Source: Okamejei kenojei (Eukaryota). Taken from it: a stretch of 64,000 bases of DNA. The notes under the pieces were generated by a model. The model saw nothing but the letters and a program-made list of their open reading frames with translations. It did not search any database and had not been told where the DNA came from. Below, piece by piece: positions 37,855 through 51,766 of the stretch (the first letter of the stretch is position 1; every line of letters begins with the position of its first letter). The stretch spans positions 66,712,001 to 66,776,000 of the forward strand of contig CM069132.1 in assembly GCA_035221665.1 (NCBI GenBank), written 5' to 3'. The position numbers and the translations under genes were made by a program.

Positions 37855-39414
37855 GAGGGGTCACTGTTTATTTTCTTTCTTGTTATTAAAGCATTAGTAT
37901 CGTTAAACATGTCATGTTTTGAATGCATTAATTTTCTTACTCGTCCTGGTCAATTGATGCAGCTGTGACGCGTGGACTCGTTCCTTGGCATGAAATCACA
38001 GACCTTCAAAGTCTTCACGTAGTCACTCACATGACTCCGAAGTAAAATAGTAAGATTAAATGAGAACTTACCAGTTTGAAGTTTGATCGTTATTTTATGA
38101 GGAGTTACGATGAGGGATTATGTGCCCTCCGCTCCCTACCCTCGTAACATAATGATCATCTGGTAGTTCTAGTCATCTATAATCTTACTATGTTAGTTCA
38201 ATAACGTTTTCTGTGACTTTCATACCGCTGCTTTAAAGATTGACGCGCATGCGTGGGGACGGCCTTCTTCACGTAATCACTCATAGTAATTCCTCATAAA
38301 ATAACGATGAAACTTCAAACTGGTAAGTTCTCATTTAATCTTACTATCATTTTCCAACACTCATTTGTGCCCTCTTATTCAATCATGCCCACAAGTCTCA
38401 TGTACTCACTCATTCTTTTGCTCTCACTTACATTCATTCACTGTATCCAAGAGAAAATAGAACTGTAAATCTGGGTTAAAAGAAATAATCAATTTTATCT
38501 CAAGATGTGCAAAATGTACTTACTTTTTTTTAATCCCCTCTCTAACCTTACTTTAAATCCCAGTAACTGACTTTAAATCTCTCCTCTCACTTGTTCCAGA
38601 GAAGTCTTATAGGCAGATCCTTACATTCCCTTGTAACACAGTATCAACACCCTCATCTGAATGTATGTAAGTAAGCAAGAATGTCATTGCTCTGTCTGGG
38701 ACAATAAAACACTCTTCTCTTGAACGCCTGTCCATGGAATTAGTGCATACATTTTGCTCAGACCTGGAAAATAAAATATATTCCTCTGCAACATTCGGAA
38801 GAGTTAAAAGATTTCACATCTGATTACTTTTCAGCTGAATGCCTTGGGGTGAAAAAAATCTTTCTTTGAGATACTATTTTAAAATTATTGTTATTTTTGT
38901 GGTGGCTCGATAACAATTTCAACCTCTTACTGATTAATGAACAGCAAAGCTTTAAACTGGTGACTCGTGTGGACAGGAGGTGGTTGGTGGCAATATTTTT
39001 AGAAGTAATCCCTAGTGCATCTATTCATCTATCAATGATTGTGTAATTCCATCTGCAATTAATGAATAAATGAGGCAGTCCTCATACCTATATGTAGCAA
39101 GATCTAGATAGCATTCGGGTGTGTGCTAATTAGTAGAAGTCTATTCACACTATAAAGGTGCCTGGGAGTGACAACCTTCAACAAGAGAGGTAGAAACACC
39201 AGCTCTTGACAGTCAATGGCATTCTCAGTGCCGAGTTCTCCTCACCATTCACATCCTGAGAGTTACAATTGACCAAACCACGTTCAGCCACGGTACTTCT
39301 GTGGCAAGAACACCAAGTCAAAGCTAGGTATCCTGCTGCAAATAACTCACTCCTGATGCCCTAAATTTTTTCCATCATTTACACTATACAAGTCAGGAGG
39401 GTATCGATGAGGCG

Positions 39415-39830
39415 ACCACTTCGCCGAACACTTACACACAGTCTGCCAGGGCATGCTGGAGCTCCTGGTTACCAGCCATTTTAGTTTAGATTCCCTGTCC
39501 CATACCTATCTACGGCCCCACCACTGCCAGAGTGAGGCCATATTACAAACTGAATAGCACTTCAGATATAATTTGGGTAGCTGGCAGCCAAATGGCATGA
39601 ATGTTGAATTCTCCTTTTTCAAGTAACCTCAACCCCTCTATCGTTTTCTCCCCAAACACATTTCTTTCCTCTCCCATTGCTCTTATCACTCAGTTCCTTT
39701 CCCCACCACCTATTCTATCCGCTCAACATCTTGCTCCTAACCCCCTATTTTCTGCCCCCTCCCCCCCATTCCTTTCCACCCACTATTCCTCCCTTTGGTT
39801 CTATATTTTACTCCCCACTTTCCAGCCTTA
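39415..39830 (+). mobile_element. Degraded Penelope GIY-YIG 3' fragment, continuing at about 40560-40800
   Basis: ggcgaccacttcgccgaacac...ccactgccagagtgaggcc is similar to the reverse complement of 430-700. Confidence 0.6.
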
Positions 39831-39832
39831 TT

Positions 39833-40550
39833 AGATTCAAGATTCAATTTAATTGTCACATGTACTAATGAGTTACCATACAGCCATGCTAAATGAGAAA
39901 AATAACAATGCATAATTCAGTCACTTAAAATAAAAATTATCATTAACACATCCACTATAGCAGAATCCACATTCCTCACTGTGATGGAAAGCAATAAAGT
40001 TCAGTCATCTTCCTCCTTTATTCACCCATGGTCGGAGCTGAACCCTCTGCACTTGCCATTGCCGAAGATCCGCTGTTCAAGCTCTCTCGTCGGGATGATC
40101 GAAACACAGAGGTTGGGATGGATCGGAACACTCTGCGGCAGGGAGCTCCCGAGTCGGCCATTTCTTACTGGAGACCGCTGCTTCACGGTGTTAAAGTCCA
40201 TAGGCCCCGCGGTCGGAACTCGTACACTGGGGATACTCGGCAAAACATCCCAGGCTCCCCGATGGTAAGTCTGCGCCGCACCCGTGGCTGGAAGCTCTGG
40301 GCCGGTCTCCAGGAAAGGCCGTACTACTCTATGTTGTAGGCTGCAGGGTGGGACAGGGATGCAACATGAAGAAAAGTTGCATCTCCGTCGAGATAAGTGA
40401 CTGGAGAAAGTTTCCCCAGATCCCCCCCCCCCCTGCACCCCCTACATAAAACATACCAAGAGACATTAAAACAAACATTCAAGACATATTTAAAATAATA
40501 AAAACAGAGAAGGGATGATTTAGACTGCTGGCGAGGCGGCCATTACCGCA
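39833..40550 (-). mobile_element. Non-autonomous retroelement with (TTGAATC)-type tail, inserted in the Penelope relic
   Basis: gattcaagattcaatttaattgtcac tail and a GC-rich body; no recognisable protein. Confidence 0.55.
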
Positions 40551-43192
40551 CAAACTGCACCCCTTTGTCTTTTCACTTATCACCTCCAGTCTTGGTTATT
40601 ATCTCCACCCATCTATCTCCCATCTGATTCATCTATAAAGCCATATCTTCTCACCTGAATCCACCTGTTACTTGCTAGCTCTTGTTCCATCCTTTCCACT
40701 AACCTCTACTAGCAATCTCCCCTTTACTCCATCAGTCTAAAGAAGTGACCTATCCCAAAATTTCACCTGTTCATTTTCCTCTGCAGATGCTACAGTACCT
40801 GCTGCGTATAGTTGATTTTATTTTACTCTCTGTTTGCCCAAATGAGTGCAGGTCCAACAGCGTGCAAGATCTCCACAAATTCTGAATAAAACATAATGTA
40901 ATAAAAAGCAACTGCTGATGCAGGTTTATTCCAAAGATAGACACAAAGTGCTAGAGTAACTCAGCTGGTCAGGCAGCATCTTTGGACAAAATGGATAGGT
41001 GACATTTCGGGTTGCCATTTTCTCCAGAGATGCTGACTGACCCACTGAGTTACTCCAGCATTTTGTGTCTATCTGAATAATGTAGCCTGATTGATTAATA
41101 TTCCTATCAACCAATCTGGGCATTTAATCCATCCTCTCCATCTGACACAGTGGCTGCAATATGTGCCATCTATAAAATATAGCGCATTTACTTGCCTCGG
41201 CCACTGCATTCAGTATTCCAAAAGGTTCCATCAATAGTCAAATTAAACCAGCATCCGAATGTGTGTTGGAAATATTTGGAAATCCACCACTGGTTAACTG
41301 ACCCGAAATGCCATTCATCCTTTCTCTCCAGAGATGGTGCCTGACTCACTGAGTTACTCCAGCACTTTGTGTCCATCACCAGTTGGAGACTATGTGCTCG
41401 TTATATATCCATCTCCAATTCAGATTCACAGCTTCCTCATTCGACTGAGCCAATTTCCGTTTGCTTTTGTCCTCCTATACAAGATGTGAGCAACAGGCCT
41501 TTCATGCAGTTTGGGTGATTTGAGTCGCAGGAAGCATATTGCATCAAGATTGTCTCGATGCAAAGGTGGATGGATAAGCTGGAAGGAGGTGAACTGTATA
41601 ACATTGAATGCTGAGAGTTGTGTAAATACAAGGACTGACACAAGGAAGAAGACTCAGTATTTTATGCATGTAGGATAAGTTCAAAGCCGAGATTCAGTAG
41701 ATTTACTCACTATTCTTGGTCCCTTTTCTACATTGCATCCAAAATGATCAATACAGTAATTCCAGTAATGAGTATTTTAATCTGATTGGTGTCCTGTGCT
41801 TTACATCAACCCTTCATCTCAATGCCTAGCTTTCCCATTTGTCCTGTTCCTTTCAAATGCAACTGAAATCATGTCTCATTGATGCACATCACATGTTTTC
41901 CACATCACAGAGACATAAAACCAGGAAGTTAAAATAAATTTGCACAACTGAGTTGAGATCATGGACTCTGACCCACTGATAAGGAGTCGACGAAACAGGG
42001 ACAGATAATGGGCCACATAGGCCCTTAAATATGCTTTGCCATGAGATCATGGCTGATGTAAATGTGGCCTCTTTGATCAAAATTCTGAGCTCCTTGGGGT
42101 GGAGATTTTCCATGTCATGATCCACTGCAAACTAGTTCCTCCATCTACAGACCATTTTCTAAAGTTACATCCTCAATGAAATCCACCCCTCTAAAGGAAA
42201 TCTTCTCTCGGTATCTCCCCTGTCAATCCTATATTCATTGAGTAGAATAATAAGAGGTGATCTTATTGAAGCCTTAATGACATCATCTATTCTTTGTCTA
42301 AACCTCAAATAGTATTGGCCCAACTTTACCTCTGAAGATACATCCTTCATCCCAGGAAGATATTTTCAGTAAATTAATTAATTGACCCTCACAGATCATT
42401 AATCCAGGCTTCTGGATTATTTCTACAGCACATTTTTTGCTACACCACAATCCCATATTCACCCTGATATAATGATAGAATCGTATCAAACAGAACACAT
42501 GATAGACTTCACCTTTAATCTCTAAATATGTCTGGACTCACTGGCACAGCAAACCCGGAGATGGTAGAACAGTGGCAAACAAGCAGGAGGGAATAGCCAA
42601 TGGAATCTCCAACATTGAATCGAGACCTCATGAACTCTTCTGGAATCTGGTCAAACATAGGGCAGGAAATGCGTTGGGTGACACTATTAAACAGGATAGA
42701 CTCCAAACAGATTTGACACTCAATTTTGTGCATCTGTGAGGCTTTGTGGAACCACGAATAAGGGCTGGAATGTACACCATCACAGTATGTTCCCTACAAA
42801 GCTTACTGGGAACATCACGAGGCGTATCTAAAAATAATGAAGTGCCAGCTAACGAAGCTACATTGCAGGAGGTCATGTACACTAAACAGCAAGGAATCGA
42901 CAGAGTGAGGGAGTTTCATAATCATTGAATCAAGTTGAAGCTCTGCATGGTGAGGATCATTTTAACAGTAAATGGGATAGGAGGCTGCAGGAATATCCCT
43001 TTCCTCATTGATGATGGGGCCCCAACACGAGTGTGCTGATGAAGAGGCTGAAACATTCACAGACACGTTCAACCAGATATGTCAAATAGACGATCCATCT
43101 CTGCTTCCTTAGGGGATCACCACAGAGGCCAGTCTCAGTCAATTTGATTCACTCCACCAATATTCAGAAACAGATGAGAGCACAGGATACAC

Positions 43193-43497
43193 TGGCGGCA
43201 TGGTGACACAGCGGCAGACGTGCTGCCTTACAGTGCCAGAGACCCAGGTTTAACCCTGACTACGGGTGCAGTACTGTATGGAGTTTGTACGTTCTCTCCA
43301 TGACCTACATGGGTTTTCTCCGAGATCTTCGGTTTCCTCCCATATTCCAAAGGCATACAGGTTTGTAGGTTAATTGGCTTGGTATAAATGTAAAATTTTC
43401 CCTAGTGTGTAGGATAGTGTTAATGCGCAGGGATCGTTGGTCAGTGTGGACTCAGTGGGCTGAAGGGCCTATTTCAATGCTGTATCTCCAAACTAAA
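43193..43497 (+). mobile_element. V-SINE (HE1-like)
   Basis: Full head, core and tail. Confidence 0.88.
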
Positions 43498-46400
43498 AGT
43501 AAAGGGTGTGAGATCAATAATATGCCTGCTGGAGTACTGTCTCTAGCCAAGCCATTCTAGGGTGTTAACAGGAACTTGGGAATAATAAAATGAGATTGAT
43601 GGGCCAATGGACCTGCTTCCATGCTGTATTCAGCAATGACTACATGACTCTGTATAACTTGTTCATCAATGCCAACTTTGCATTTACCTAGCATCAAATG
43701 AGTCCAGATCTCATCAGTGCCTTGGAACAAAGAGCTGAATTTTAGAGATGAGGTGAGAATGACATCAAGGCAGCAAGGAATTGAGGTATTGCTGACTTCA
43801 CTAATCATTAACAGGAAACATTCTTATGAATGAAGGCATATGGCACATAAAGGAAGGTGCTATTCCTACCAGGCAATGACACCCTCCAACAAAAGATTGT
43901 CTACGCTGTACTACTTTGATGTGCATTGGGATACAATCACTGATTCCCACACCATCAATAACCTAGGGATCACCAGAAAATCAGGGCTACAGCAAATCAA
44001 GAAGGCAGCTTGCCACCCCCTTCTCAAGCGCATTTAGGAATCGGAAACAAATACATGTAATGCACAAGTTTCAAAAATGAATAACGAACTAAACCGATGT
44101 CCACTCATCCATTTTTTTTTTTCTCATTCCATACACACTGTATACAATCCTCCTTTATTTAATTATCATAAACCTGCTTTCCAAGTTGCCAAAATCCTCA
44201 CGTAAACAAAAGTGGCATCAAACTACAATGGTCTCTACCAACACATGTGCAAAGTAGAATAACTCCACAGAAAAGATGTCCTGGATGTGGGATGCATGTA
44301 CTTTGAATAAAAGAAAGGAAGCAATGAGGTTGAATTTTCATTCTTAACATCTAGAGTCTGAGCAGAGTAACACAGAATATTTTACATTGACCTGGAATGC
44401 TTCCAGATGTTGTCAAACAGAAAACAAAAAAACAATTATTAGTGGAGCACATGGACTGTTATACATTTCTGCTTGTAAACATAACAGCGACTAGATAAAG
44501 GGAAGATATATTTGAGTTGCACTCAGTCATGGATGGGGCTATGGCATTTTCTTAGGTGAAACGTTAGATGAGGAAAATAATTTCCACAGGCCAAATGGTA
44601 TTCTATCTCTGGCTGATATTTCCATGAAGTTGACTATGTCCTGTGTGCTGGTAGCTTCTCTCCAATGTTCATACGCAGAAGTCATGGACAATCTGACAGG
44701 TAGGTGGCGCTGTGCCTGTCAGTCTGCTCCACCACTGTAGTATCTGCTCTGCCTAGTGCGGGAGGGACGTTCGCAAAGATGCATCTTGAATCAGGATGTA
44801 TGCCGGGGTCAGAGACAGTCGATCTATCCCTGTCTGCTCGATCCCACGGAGGTCAGAAAGAACTTGCTACATTGAGGACATGTAAAGGTTTTGAAAATCC
44901 AAAACACCTGAAAATCTCTGCCCAAGCCTTAATATAATTCATAACCTCATATGACATAGGAGCAGAATTAGGCCATTTAGCTAATTGAGTCTGCTCAGCC
45001 ATTCAATCATGGCTGACCTATCTTTCCCTCTCATTTCCTCATCAATTTTAGCTAGTTTAAACTAGTACTGCCTTTGAGGGCATGTCAAGGTCCTGACAAC
45101 TATTGGGCTTCCTGCAAATGCCTCGTGTGACAGTTCACATCTCAATGCTAAAGCCTTTGCAGTAGAAAACCTCAATGTGGCATGTAAGATGCTGTTTCCG
45201 GTACAATTCTTTCTTATGAGAAAAAATATTAGTATGGCAGTGGGAATGCCAAGGAGATGATCGTGGGCTGCCTTCTCAAGCGTGTGTTAATGCACTGAAC
45301 CTTTTACAGATCACAGACCATTATTCTAAAGGGGCACAGGGAAGTTATTACCATCATTGTTTAGCACCAAACAAAACTGAGCAGTGTGTAGGAAGGAACT
45401 GCAGATGCTGGTTTAAATCGAAGATAGACACAAAATGCTGGGGTAACTCAGCAGGACAGGCAGCATCTCTGGAGAGAAGGAATGGGTGGTATTTTGGGTC
45501 GAGACCTTTCCTACATAATAGTCCGACTTTATCACATTGATATTTGTTGGAGGTGGTTTCATGCAAATTAGCCGCTTACGGCTACATTTTAACCATGATT
45601 ATATTTCACATCTACTCCACGTATGCTAACAAAGTTTGGAGTATCCAGAAAAGGAACTTGGAAGGCACCAAAAAGGTGCTGTAGGAAGGAACTGCAGATG
45701 CTGGTTTACACCAAATATAGACACAAAACGCTGGAGTAATTCAATGGGCCAGGCAGCATCTGTGGAGAAAAGGAATAAGTGACGTTTTGGGCTGAGACCC
45801 TTCTTCAGCTGGCCTTTTCCTTTCTAATAGGAATGTTGCTAAACTGAATAAACCACATCTTTCAATTTTCCAACGTTGAGATTTCCAAAGTATTTTAATT
45901 AAGTGTGGCACAAAAATCTATGATCTACTTGGAATTTTGAAGTGCTTGAGGTTCATGAACAAAAGAAAACCTTAATAAACATGACAACTCTATTTTTCAA
46001 GTAGTTTTAGTAGGAGTTGTTGCTAAGGATTTTGAATGTTTGTACACATTCATTATCAACTGTATATTCTGCTGAGCATTGTTGATCCTCGTCCTTGGCA
46101 TGATCTGTTTCCGCTTAATGTACCCAAGCTTTTATTTTCCTGAAATTATCAGAAGATACATAACCTTTCATATAGACACAAGATAAAATCAGTAAATGAA
46201 ATAGGTTTACAGATGTAAATATAGACCATGTTATACTTATGCAGTAGTCTGCATTATAGAACCATGGAATCAAACAGCACAGAAAAAGGCCCTTTTGGCT
46301 CATCTTGTTGGTGCCATTTGTGATGTCTGAGATTATTCAATTTGCCTGCAAAAGGCCGATATTCATCTGTGCCTTGCCTATCTAAGTTGCAGCCCAACTT

Positions 46401-46535
46401 CCTTTTCAATCTGCCTCCACCATCTCCCACGGAAGCACTTTCCTGGTGACCAAAACATTTTGTACGAAAACCCTACCCTTCCAATCTCCTTCAATTTTCT
46501 CTCCTCTAACTTCAAATCTCTGCCCTCTATTTCTA

Positions 46536-46685
46536 GTAGGAAAAAACTGCACATGCTGTTTTAAATCAAAGATAGACACAAAATGCTGGAGTAACTCAGC
46601 GGGACAGGCAGGATATCTAGAGAGAAGGAACGGGTGACGTTTTGGGTCGAAACCCTTCTTTGTTACTCCAGCATTTTGTGTCTAG
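46536..46685. mobile_element. Fold-back mini-Penelope insertion with 12-bp TSD
   Basis: CCTCTATTTCTA at 46524-46535 and 46686-46697; one terminal repeat plus an inverted partial copy. Confidence 0.8.
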
Positions 46686-48029
46686 CCTCTATTTCTAAAC
46701 TCTCCTGGAAGAAAAGACTGACTGTGCCCCTCAATTTTATAGGCCTCTACAAGGTCATGTCTCAGCCTCCAATAGTTCAGTGAGAATAAACTCAGCCAAT
46801 GCAATAGCTGCTTATAACAACAGCCCTCCATTCCTGGCAACATTCAGGCAAACATCTTTTGCACCATCTCTACTGCTACCATATCCTTCCTATGGTGTGT
46901 AAGCTAGAACTGTGTACAATACTCCAAGTGTGCTCTAGTCAACATATTGTACAATTGCAACATGATGCCCCACCTTTTATACTCAATGTTTCAACCCAGG
47001 AGGGCAAAGGCTTCTCCAACACCCCAATCACCTCTCAATGGTTTGATGGTGTTTTTCTTGTCATGTGTACCAGGTACAGTGAAATACATTTTTGCATACA
47101 GCTCAGCAAGTCTATCCCAGAACATAAGCACAATCACCCTGGTCAGTACAGAACAACCCACTGAGTCCATTTGTGAGAGGCACAATTTTGGCACCATTTT
47201 ACAGTCCCAGCTGCAGCTAGCCACAAAGCCCATTGCAGCCGTTGCCTCCATTTTGGTTATCCTACAGTCTGAGGTCCCTCTCCATGCCTGGTCCTCTTCA
47301 GGCCTTGTTCACCCAGTGGGTGCCTCCCACAGCCGACCACAAAGGTGCGGAAGGTAAGGCCCCCCCAGGTTCCTCTCACTGGATCCTTTGTCCAATGCCC
47401 GCCGCCATTGCCATCTTCCTCCACCTCCTCTCCGATTCCCGATCCATGAGGTGAACAGGGGTCGGGCCTCAGATATGGCGCCCAAAGCTGCTCACAACAC
47501 TCCAAATGCGGTCTGACCAATGCGTAATAAAGCTTCAGCATTACTTTGCTATTTTTGCATTATAGCCCTCTCAAAATAAATGCAAGCATTGCATTCGCCT
47601 TGCTTACTACCGATTTGACTTGCAAATTCACTTTGTGTGGATTCTGCACCAGCATAATGCATTTGGTGATATGTTTAATTCAGATCACAACTAATTTGCC
47701 TGAACTTCAGGGAATGTGAATACTTCGAAGAAAATAAGTTTCCTCAGTTTTGCAAAATTGTACATAGATATGGTTTGAATATATTCCCAGTCCACTCAGT
47801 AAGACCTGTTGACACTCAGCACGACTTCCTAACGTGTATTTCACCCTCCTTTAATAGAGGCCAGTATATTAAATGCTTGAGCAAAAAAAAATGTGCTGGA
47901 GGAACTGAGCGTGCTTGGTAGTATCTGTGAAGGGATCTAGACAGACAACATTTTGGGCCAGGACACCTTTTCATATCTGAATACTTGCTATTTTCTGTGC
48001 TTCACAAAACCGTACACAGAATCATGCTG

Positions 48030-48358
48030 TTTAGTTTCGAGATATAGCGTGGAAACAGGCCCTTCGGCCCACCGAGTCCACACCGACTAGTAATCACAGC
48101 ACTAACACTATCCTACACACATACTAGGGACAATTATACATTGACAGCAAGCCAATTAACCTACAATCTGTACATCTTAGGAGTGTGGGAGGAAATCAAA
48201 GATCTTGGAGCAGGTCAAAAACATACAAAATCAAAGATCTTGGAGCAGGTCATGATGAGAACATACAAACTCCGTACAGACAGTACCCGTAGTCAGGATC
48301 GAACCTGGGTTTCTGGCACTATAAGGTAGTTGTTCGACTGCTGCACCACCGTGCTGCC
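48030..48358 (-). mobile_element. V-SINE (HE1-like) with a small internal duplication
   Basis: Reverse complement of the SINE; aaatcaaagatcttggagcaggtca is duplicated. Confidence 0.85.
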
Positions 48359-48707
48359 CTGTTATCTACATTTACTGAGCAAAGAACAGTGTAGGAGGAA
48401 CTCACTGGATCAAGCAGCATCTGTAACTGACACCGTTTTGGGACATGACCCTTCTGATCATTTTAGCTATTTTTTAAAAACACATTGTCTTCTTTCTACC
48501 AAAGTGAATCTCATACTTTCCCATTTAATATCCCATTGTTCATTATTTTACTCATTCACGTTAAATTGCAGACATGAAGAAATATTGGATAGTTTGGGAT
48601 TTGTTTTCTTGGATGAGTGGGGAATTAATTGATGTAATGAGTAAATAAGAGACATCTACCACTCTTCTTTTAATAGAGGTCAAAACCCTGGCTAGCGCTA
48701 TATAGTG

Positions 48708-49672
48708 AACCTGACTACGTGGGACCCATTGGAGGCCTGGTATCCCAACACAACCCATTCCCCAACACAATATTCCACCACTCACCCATTCCCCCAATGC
48801 AAACTGGGCGGGGGGGGGGGGGGTGTGGGCGAGGGAATGTGGGCAGATGGAGGTTGTGGCGGTGTGTTGTGGGTGGAGTGGGGGTGTGGGCAGGGTGGGG
48901 AGTTGTGGGGGGAGAGCAGTGTGTGGGTGGGAGAGGAGTTGTGGGGCGGGGAGGACGGGGAGAGCCATGGGCGAGAGGGGGGTAACACGGGGAGGGGGGG
49001 AAGGAGCCAGCGTGGGGACCAGAGGGGCAGTGGCTGGAATTGGCGATGCGATGGGCACTCACAGCTGGCGCTGATCGCTGGTTGTTCTCCTCCATCGGGA
49101 TCAGAGTCTCCGCTCTCCATTTGACGACATCAGCAACATCTCTGACTCCGGGCTGGGCTGGGTCTCCGACTGGGCTGGGCAGGGTCTCCGACTCTGGGCT
49201 GGCTGGGTCTCCCACGCTGGGCTGGGTTGGGCAGGGTCTCCGACTCTAGGCTGGGCTGGGTCTCCGACGCTGTGTCTCCAACGTTGGGCTGCTTGGGGCT
49301 GGGCTGCTTGGGGTCCCTCCGAAAATTGTGTCCGGTTGGAAACCTCCGCCGGTCATCCTTAGCTCTAGTAAAGACGCGATGATGCAGAAAGAGGTGGACC
49401 GTCCCTGTGAGTGACAGGGGAAGAGACTAATCCGTGCGACGCTGAACGGCAGGAGAAGAGATCGATCTGTGCACGCGCTGTTTTCAGATTTTTTAAACCT
49501 CGCTAACTTTTATGACATTCAACCGATCAGAACAAAACTTGGTGCAACCGCAGCATATGAGAATGGTGAGCGAACTGGCGAAAAATCATAGCGCTATTGC
49601 GAACCGTTTTTGTGCAAATAGAAAGACCGCACAAACCGGAAGATAATCAGAGTTTTGGTTATGTGTAGATAG
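48708..49672 (-). mobile_element. Putative non-autonomous Helitron-like element with GC-rich internal minisatellite
   Basis: The minus strand starts TC within (TCTA)n. A degenerate GGGACCC hairpin lies near the other end. Internal GGCTGGGCTGGGTCTCCGACT repeats at about 49140-49280. Confidence 0.45.
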
Positions 49673-49999
49673 ATAGAAGGTAGATAGATGACAGAACATT
49701 CCCAGAGTGGAGAGGAGTATCAGTTCTCACTTTGCAGACCCGTGGTGTTCTCTTTATGGCTCACGTTCACCCTTTGCTTTGTGTTGCCAACAAACGGATA
49801 CATTTTATATTTTCATTTCATCCAAGTTATTAATATAATTGCTCATAGCTGAGGTCCAGTGCTGATATGGACTCATTCAATCATAGAAAATCTATCTCAT
49901 GGGATGGAAATTCATCCTCAGGCCTGTGCCAGCTGGAAGAGAGCAGCCTAGACCAATCCCACATCCTGACTAGACCCCTAACCTGGTCATCACAGCTGT

Positions 50000-51080
50000 A
50001 CAAATAAATATCCAAATACTTTTGAAATGTTATGAGATTTTTTTTTCTCTTATAGGTGGTGGGATAGAGATCTTGGACACCTTTGAGACCACACCATATT
50101 TCCTTATCTCCGCTGAAGTCCTTCTACCAATCCGGATCAATCTCTGACTCTTATTCTGATCCTTTCTGATGAAAAGAAAATAGGAGCCTTCTATTTACTC
50201 CATTTAGATCCCTCAATATTATTGACTTCAATTACATTTCAACTTTGTCCATGAAAACAAATCCCAAGCTACGCATTTTTTTCTCGTGGCTGCAATTTTC
50301 CAGTTTTGGTTAGATTTTTGTAAATCTTCTGTGTATATCTCCAGTATAATTACAGTAATATGGTTACTAGAACACTATGCAATACTAAGCTGTGGTTGAA
50401 GTAAACTGTATCTTTCCCCTGTTTTTTTTCCTTTAGCTAATAAAGGAAATCATGCATATATTATTTTTTAACCACCTTATCTCCCCATCCTGCGACCTGG
50501 AGGAATCTGTGGAATACACTCCAAGTTACCTTTGTTCCTTGATGTATTATATATTCCCTTGCCTGTCTTTCCAGTTCCCAAATGCATGACTTCATCCTTC
50601 TCTGGATTAAATTCCATTTGGTGCACTTCTTTCCAGCTGACCAAACCATCTGTATCTGCCTGGAATCTAAAACTTTCTTCCTCATTGTGAATGTTTTCTT
50701 ATTGTCTGGAAACCTCTTTGCTATGCTGCCTTTATTTAATTCAAAATCATTAGTATATATTATGAAATACAAAGGACCGTGTACTGAGCCTCGTGTAATC
50801 CCACTGGTGACGCTGGTTCAGTCACAAAGATATCAGTACCATTACCCTTTGCTTAATGCCATTGATGTAACTTTGGAGCCGTTTGGCCCTTCTTCTTTGG
50901 ATTCCATGGACTGGGACTTTTGTATTTTATCAACTAACCTCTCATCTACGAAATCATCAAAAACGTTGATAAGTACACTTAGAGTCCATCAAATAGATGG
51001 TACTCATGAACCTTCATCGTTGCCTACTCAAAAAAAAAATCAATCTAGATTGTTAAGCACAATTTATCCAGCCATAATCT
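50000..51080 (-). mobile_element. Old degraded CR1-like LINE fragment
   Basis: Residual RT motifs in ORF 50461-50772 and its flanks. Confidence 0.55.
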
Positions 51081-51279
51081 GTGCTCACAGTGTTGGGTGT
51101 CTGTAACATCTGCCAGGGGTGCTGGTGATAGGGGCATTTAAGAGAATTTTGGATAAGCACATGGATATGCAGGGAATGGAAGGATATGGATTATGTGCAA
51201 GCAGATAAGAGTTGGTCTTGACATCATGATCGGCATAGACCGTGCCCAAAGAGCTTGTTCCTGTGCTGTACTACAGAAC

Positions 51280-51766
51280 TACAAACTACAGAAAAACTAG
51301 TATACAGAGACTTCAAGTAGCGTATAATTATGCCATGAGAATACTACTAAAGCAATATAGATGGTGTAGTGCAAGTAAAATGTTTGTGGCTGAAGGAGTC
51401 AGTACAATACAAGCTATCCTAAGAAATCATATGTATAAATTTATTTGCCGGATTAATGACTCTGAAAACAAAATTGTCTTGGTCATCAAACAGAAGGTTT
51501 AGCACTACATGCTACCAATCCCAGTTGTGGAGGCATTGGTATAGTTGTCTCGTTGTAGGACATTGATCTTTCTTTTTATTCTGGATTTTAAACTATGTAT
51601 TGCATTTTGTATATAATTTATGATGTTCTTATACGTAATTTACTAAGCTTTTATATGTATTTTATGGTGTTTTTAAATGCAATGTATTCTATGTAATGTC
51701 ATCTTTTATCTGGACCTTGAGTCTGAAATAAAAGTTTAATAAAATAATAATAATTAATAATAATAA
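51280..51766 (+). mobile_element. L2/Crack-like LINE 3' end
   Basis: IQRLQVAYNYAMRILL...SASKMFV...AILRNHMYKF, then ctggaccttgagtctgaaataaa and an (AAT)n tail. The same tail occurs at about 33440-33611. Confidence 0.65.

Larger units (their letters stand above)
33711..38347 (+). mobile_element. Full-length DIRS1-like tyrosine-recombinase retrotransposon (mutated)
   Basis: Left ITR 33711-33773, right ITR 38241-38347, internal complementary region about 38012-38124. ORF order gag, RT/RH/MT, YR. Both termini share TAT. Confidence 0.95.

Noticed and set aside
41426-41641. Minus-strand ORF with FLR...HILYRR, superficially like the ADAMTS exon-4 motif (FLRP...HVLYKR)
   Set aside because: It lies upstream of exon 1, lacks the SGMIRT and CG cysteine-switch context and has no convincing splice sites. 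Likely chance.
43193-43270. tRNA gene
   Set aside because: tRNA-like head of a SINE, continuous with the SINE core and tail.
48561-49249. Pro-rich and Gly-rich ORFs
   Set aside because: Artefacts of G/C low-complexity repeat sequence.
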